Source: Paragordius varius (taxonomy: Eukaryota > Animalia > Nematomorpha). From it: a stretch of 64,000 nt of DNA. The notes under the pieces were generated by a model. The model had not been told where the DNA came from and ran no database searches. It worked only from the letters and a program-made list of their open reading frames with translations. The translations under genes were made by a program, and so were the position numbers. Shown in pieces: positions 61,801-64,000 of the stretch. Where the stretch lies: positions 13,020,001 to 13,084,000 of the forward strand of contig OZ176051.1 in NCBI GenBank assembly GCA_964247055.1, read 5' to 3'. Position 1 is the first letter of the stretch. Each line of letters begins with the position of its first letter.

Positions 61801-64000
61801 TTTATTGCGGATAGCAATGTAAGTCATATTACACAAACATTTATAAATATGAAATGTAAAACGTCCAATATATATGACATAATTTTTTTGAATATTTAGC
61901 TTGTATTGGTAACAAAACCAAACATCACGGATTACAATGAAATAGCAATTTGCAGTCTTTTCATTGAAAAGGATATCTATTCTGATTGCCTGTACCCACA
62001 AGATATTGAAGATAAGGAAATAGTATATAATATATGTTAACATTGTATAGAAACAAATCGAACAATTACAAAATGGAATCAAAATTACGACTAATGACGG
62101 CAATGAAAAAATTATCGAAAATGCTTTTGTCATTCGCGCTAACAAAGATGTTTTCGAAGTTTCTGGGGACAAACACAAGCTCAATATTGTCTTGATTGAC
62201 TGTGCAAGTAAGATTCATAATGAAATATCGAAAAATATTGTTATCAGTAAATAGTTGTTTCATGCATTTATATTTGTTTTTCATATTAATACAGATGTAA
62301 CGACAACAGGTATTTCTTGATTTTATTAATTTTTTAGTTGTGACGCCAACGACGACAGGATCACCTTTCAATACAACAACGGCTTCAACACCTATAACCA
62401 CACCATCGGGACAAACAACTCCCTCTGGTCAAACGACTCCATCAGGTGAAACAACTCCATCTGGTGTAACTACACCATCTGGTGTTACAACGCCTTCAGG
62501 GGAAACCACGCCCTCTGGAGCAACAACCCCATCTGGTCAAACAACTCCTTCCGGCTTAACGACACCTTCTGGTGCAACGACTCCATCTGGTGTTACAACG
62601 CCTTCAGGAGCTACCACGCCATCTGGACAAACAACTCCATCAGGACAAACTACACCATCAGGAGCTACAACGCCATCAGGTGAAACTACACCTTCTGGAC
62701 AAACAACTCCTTCCGGTCAAACCACTCCATCAGGTGCTACAACGCCTTCAGGAGAAACAACGCCATCCGGGCAAACAACTCCATCTGGTCAAACAACTCC
62801 TTCAGGTCAAACTACACCATCAGGAGTGACCACACCATCGGGTGAAACTACACCCTCTGGTCAAACAACGCCGTCTGGTGAAACGACTCCATCAGGTGTA
62901 ACTACACCTTCCGGTCAAACAACGCCATCAGGTCAAACCACTCCTTCAGGTCAAACTACACCATCTGGTCAAACCACTCCATCAGGTGCTACTACGCCCT
63001 CTGGTCAAACAACTCCATCAGGTGCTACTACACCTTCCGGTCAAACAACGCCATCCGGTCAAACAACTCCATCCGGTCAAACCACTCCTTCAGGTCAAAC
63101 CACTCCTTCAGGTCAAACCACTCCATCAGGTGCCACAACGCCTTCAGGAGAAACAACGCCATCCGGTCAAACAACTCCATCTGGTCAAACAACTCCTTCA
63201 GGTCAAACTACACCATCAGGAGTGACCACACCATCGGGTGAAACTACACCCTCTGGTCAAACAACGCCGTCTGGTGAAACGACTCCTTCAGGTGCAACTA
63301 CACCTTCCGGTCAAACAACGCCATCCGGTCAAACCACTCCTTCAGGTCAAACTACACCATCTGGTCAAACCACTCCATCAGGTGCTACTACGCCCTCTGG
63401 TCAAACAACTCCATCAGGTGCTACTACACCTTCCGGTCAAACAACTCCATCCGGTCAAACAACTCCTTCAGGTCAAACTACACCATCTGGTCAAACCACT
63501 CCATCAGGTGCTACAACGCCTTCAGGAGAAACAACGCCATCCGGTCAAACAACTACTTCAGGTCAAACTACACCATCAAGAGTGACCACACCATCGGGTG
63601 AAACTACACCCTCTGGTCAAACAACGCCGTCTGGTGAAACGACTCCTTCAGGTGCAACTACACCTTCCGGTCAAACAACGCCATCCGGTCAAACCACTCC
63701 TTCAGGTCAAACTACACCATCTGGTCAAACCACTCCATCAGGTGCTACTACGCCCTCTGGTCAAACAACTCCATCAGGTGCTACTACACCTTCCAGTCAA
63801 ACAACTCCATCCGGTCAAACAACTCCTTCAGGTCAAACTACACCATCTGGTCAAACCACTCCATCAGGTGCTACAACGCCTTCAGGAGAAACAACGCCAT
63901 CCGGTCAAACAACTCCATCTGGTCAAACAACTCCTTCAGGTCAAACTACACCATCAGGAGTGACCACGCCATCGGGTGAAACCACTCCATCAGGTGCTAC
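14619..64000 (+). CDS. Giant secreted mucin/proteoglycan-like gene (multi-exon, 3' end beyond window)
   Basis: All exons listed below splice in one frame with GT-AG boundaries. Summed exon length is about 29,970 nt (~9,990 aa) with no stop codon. Confidence 0.85.
14819..18732 (+). CDS. Cys-bracketed domain copy 1 (4 exons)
   Basis: join 14819-14915 (ICDVVTKDGDYDLNDIVDSYSPHC), 15327-15477 (LERRNSTIIWRIP...TTIYFLRTEFNISVYADAN), 18200-18316 (VAFCRLVVDDDVFQDCFYP), 18576-18732 (YIIRANKEVY...IIAECD). Phases 1-2-0-0-1. Confidence 0.85.
15655..15905. repeat. Small inverted-repeat (MITE-like) element in intron
   Basis: cgatttaccaatt at ~15657 is the reverse complement of aattggtaaatcg at ~15891. No TSD identified. 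Confidence 0.35.
18822..23614 (+). CDS. Thr/Pro linker 1: ten phase-1 micro-exons
   Basis: 18822-18836 (AAPTI); 54-nt exons 19100-19153, 19587-19640, 20053-20106, 21344-21397 (ETTTEPTPTPIITTERPI) and 21486-21539 (ETTTEPTPTPVLTTEWTL); 22447-22476; 22555-22575; 22654-22674; 23585-23614. All are flanked by AG/GT. Confidence 0.75.
19030..20160 (+). repeat. Tandem duplication (period 487/466 bp) of 54-nt exon plus intron
   Basis: Intron sequence flanking the first three ETTTEPTP exons is also repeated, including a short inverted repeat (tatatgagattttt...aaaaatctcatata, ~19320-19420). Confidence 0.85.
22708..23539. mobile_element. Possible TTAA-flanked non-autonomous element (piggyBac-like)
   Basis: TTAA|CACTT...AAGTG|TTAA, with sub-terminal ttggggt..ataccccaag mirrored at both ends. 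The terminal match is short. Confidence 0.35.
22787..23101. mobile_element. MITE with 21-bp subrepeats in its TIRs
   Basis: TIRs aatataccatttacagttcaa / ttgaactgtaaatggtatatt; repeats of ttcacccttaaacaattcaaa. A related copy lies at ~24505-24760. Confidence 0.65.
23697..25417 (+). CDS. Cys-bracketed domain copy 2 (4 exons)
   Basis: join 23697-23775 (VCDLVTKNGIYNLKDLV), 23897-24086 (AYNFLTTILFMRSKFYVELMADSD), 24830-24949 (IALCWIV...ECLYPQEL), 25252-25417 (ENVFIMRVN...FIDCS). Same phases as copy 1. Confidence 0.85.
24505..24760. mobile_element. Second, degenerate copy of the 22787-23101 MITE
   Basis: Same caattcaaattcaccct subrepeats and shared internal sequence; ends at ttttttagggtga. Confidence 0.55.
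25534..26014 (+). CDS. Thr-rich linker 2: three phase-1 micro-exons
   Basis: 25534-25560 (VFTTTTQEI), 25689-25712 (DVTITVPS), 25988-26014 (EGTTTVPIP). Confidence 0.7.
25924..25970. repeat. (TA)n microsatellite
   Basis: Longest pure AT run in the window. Shorter runs at 6505-6526, 13216-13235, 13785-13808 and 31787-31814. Confidence 0.95.
26127..27735 (+). CDS. Cys-bracketed domain copy 3 (4 exons)
   Basis: join 26127-26208 (ICDWMTQNGNYSI...ATC), 26647-26824 (LYLERVDQKITWII...KATSN), 27168-27281 (IAMCKIV...ECLYPEDL), 27573-27735 (ENSFITKLNKEAF...LKDC). Confidence 0.85.
26362..26580. mobile_element. 219-bp palindromic MITE, Tc1/mariner-type
   Basis: TA|CAGTCATGTATCC...GGATACATGACTC|TA. Arms of ~90 bp are complementary around a ~35-nt loop. 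Confidence 0.7.
27961..28026 (+). CDS. Linker 3 exon
   Basis: DESRTTTVSTTTSIMETTTCDP, phase 1-1. Its end parallels the TTTCPP end of the giant exons. Confidence 0.75.
28245..28704. mobile_element. hAT-superfamily MITE
   Basis: Starts CAGGGGTGTCAAAC and ends GGGTTACCCTG. Flanked by a perfect 8-bp direct repeat CTTTAGAC (28237-28244 and 28705-28712). Confidence 0.85.
29050..31779 (+). CDS. Cys-bracketed domain copy 4 (4 exons, two 23-nt introns)
   Basis: join 29050-29131 (PCEIVKSNGNYNLKKLVGCKSPSC), 31276-31453 (LYLERENGKVVWPI...FQTDSN), 31477-31590 (IMCLLFIEKHIFTDCYE), 31614-31779 (KNAYIVYLKRDEF...KECDVTTT). Confidence 0.8.
31853..32125. mobile_element. Degenerate hAT MITE
   Basis: Right end TTGGCCACCCCTG with sub-terminal cgcgggccgca, followed by gctataga. 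The left end is decayed (cgtataga precedes 31853). Confidence 0.4.
32140..34480 (-). mobile_element. Highly decayed non-LTR retrotransposon (LINE, RTE-like) remnant
   Basis: Minus-strand motifs in RT order: YRPTLCCNILRKLI (33169-33128), YFGHIKR (32305-32285), PDGNNRRGR (~32247-32221). Many stops; boundaries are approximate. Confidence 0.5.
34534..36594 (+). CDS. Giant repeat exon 1 (110 TTPSGx hexapeptides)
   Basis: tttag|TT GTG ACG...TGT CCG CCA A|gtatta; phase 1-1; ORF 34536-36623. Confidence 0.9.
36624..37400 (+). CDS. Cys-bracketed domain copy 5 plus NVTTT micro-exon
   Basis: join 36624-36705, 36735-36909, 36991-37113, 37142-37298, 37386-37400 (184 aa). Introns in the block are 29, 29, 81, 28, 87 and 28 nt. 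Confidence 0.85.
37429..40209 (+). CDS. Giant repeat exon 2 (150 hexapeptides)
   Basis: ORF 37431-40238 minus the terminal 29-nt intron. Confidence 0.9.
40239..41015 (+). CDS. Domain copy 6
   Basis: join 40239-40320, 40350-40524, 40606-40728, 40757-40913, 41001-41015. Confidence 0.85.
41044..43860 (+). CDS. Giant repeat exon 3 (152 hexapeptides)
   Basis: ORF 41046-43889 minus the terminal intron. Confidence 0.9.
43890..44666 (+). CDS. Domain copy 7
   Basis: join 43890-43971, 44001-44175, 44257-44379, 44408-44564, 44652-44666. Confidence 0.85.
44695..47511 (+). CDS. Giant repeat exon 4 (152 hexapeptides)
   Basis: ORF 44697-47540 minus the terminal intron. Confidence 0.9.
47541..48317 (+). 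CDS. Domain copy 8
   Basis: join 47541-47622, 47652-47826, 47908-48030, 48059-48215, 48303-48317. Confidence 0.85.
48346..51144 (+). CDS. Giant repeat exon 5 (151 hexapeptides)
   Basis: ORF 48348-51173 minus the terminal intron. Confidence 0.9.
51174..51950 (+). CDS. Domain copy 9
   Basis: join 51174-51255, 51285-51459, 51541-51663, 51692-51848, 51936-51950. Confidence 0.85.
51979..54759 (+). CDS. Giant repeat exon 6 (150 hexapeptides)
   Basis: ORF 51981-54788 minus the terminal intron. Confidence 0.9.
54789..55565 (+). CDS. Domain copy 10
   Basis: join 54789-54870, 54900-55074, 55156-55278, 55307-55463, 55551-55565. Confidence 0.85.
55594..58374 (+). CDS. Giant repeat exon 7 (150 hexapeptides)
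   Basis: ORF 55596-58403 minus the terminal intron. Confidence 0.9.
58404..59180 (+). CDS. Domain copy 11
   Basis: join 58404-58485, 58515-58689, 58771-58893, 58922-59078, 59166-59180. Confidence 0.85.
59209..61503 (+). CDS. Giant repeat exon 8 (123 hexapeptides)
   Basis: ORF 59211-61532 minus the terminal intron. Confidence 0.9.
61533..62309 (+). CDS. Domain copy 12
   Basis: join 61533-61614, 61644-61818, 61900-62022, 62051-62207, 62295-62309. Confidence 0.85.
62338..64000 (+). CDS. Giant repeat exon 9 (truncated by window edge)
   Basis: tttag|TT GTG ACG CCA. Open to 64000; lacks one ACA codon in the leader relative to the other units. Confidence 0.9.

Larger units (their letters stand above)
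34534..64000 (+). repeat. Tandem array of exon/intron-containing units (periods 2895, 3615, 3651, 3651, 3633, 3615, 3615, 3129 bp)
   Basis: Each unit is an 18-bp minisatellite exon plus an invariant-length 834-bp block. All period differences are multiples of 18. Confidence 0.95.

Noticed and set aside
36838-62401. Repeated minus-strand ORFs (MSLCLSPETSK..., MVIGVEAVVV...) and plus-strand MVTENGNYS... ORFs
   Set aside because: They are antisense or intron-read-through shadows of the domain exons. They recur only because the unit is duplicated, and some copies are broken by SNPs.
34753-63963. Many Q/L/H/V/K-rich ORFs (e.g. MKLHPLVKQRR...) overlapping the giant exons
   Set aside because: They are +1-frame shadows of the TTPSG repeat, broken by stops wherever a Val codon precedes ACN. 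They have no independent splice or start signals.
34594-64000. Regular short repeats and high-GC island suggesting a CRISPR array or horizontal transfer
   Set aside because: There are no unique spacers and no cas genes. The 18-bp period is a coding hexapeptide, the GC content follows from Thr/Pro/Ser/Gly codons, and the exons have eukaryotic splice sites.

Overview
This is AT-rich eukaryotic DNA, probably from an animal, with spliceosomal GT-AG introns. I found no rRNA, tRNA or CRISPR. (1) Left end, minus strand: three exons (6761-6533, 6442-6269, 479-1) splice in frame into a secreted protein with a glypican-like Cys pattern that runs off the window. Its second intron holds a 4.3-kb TA-flanked palindromic foldback element. 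(2) 8.0-12.1 kb: two decayed Penelope-like retroelement copies (RT + GIY-YIG) form an inverted pair. (3) From 14619 to beyond 64000, plus strand: one giant multi-exon gene that the ORF track shows only in fragments. By manual splicing it encodes about 10,000 aa in this window. It has a signal peptide, then 4 divergent copies of an unrecognised ~170-aa Cys-bracketed domain joined by Thr/Pro-rich micro-exons. After that come 8 near-identical 2.9-3.65-kb genomic units, plus the start of a 9th. Each unit has one huge exon of 110-152 TTPSG(Q/E/A/V) hexapeptides and five small exons encoding the same domain. Many homology-supported introns are only 23-29 nt. The larger introns contain MITEs (hAT, Tc1-like) and a LINE remnant. 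All splice models are manual inferences from GT/AG signals, phase and inter-domain homology; there is no transcript evidence.
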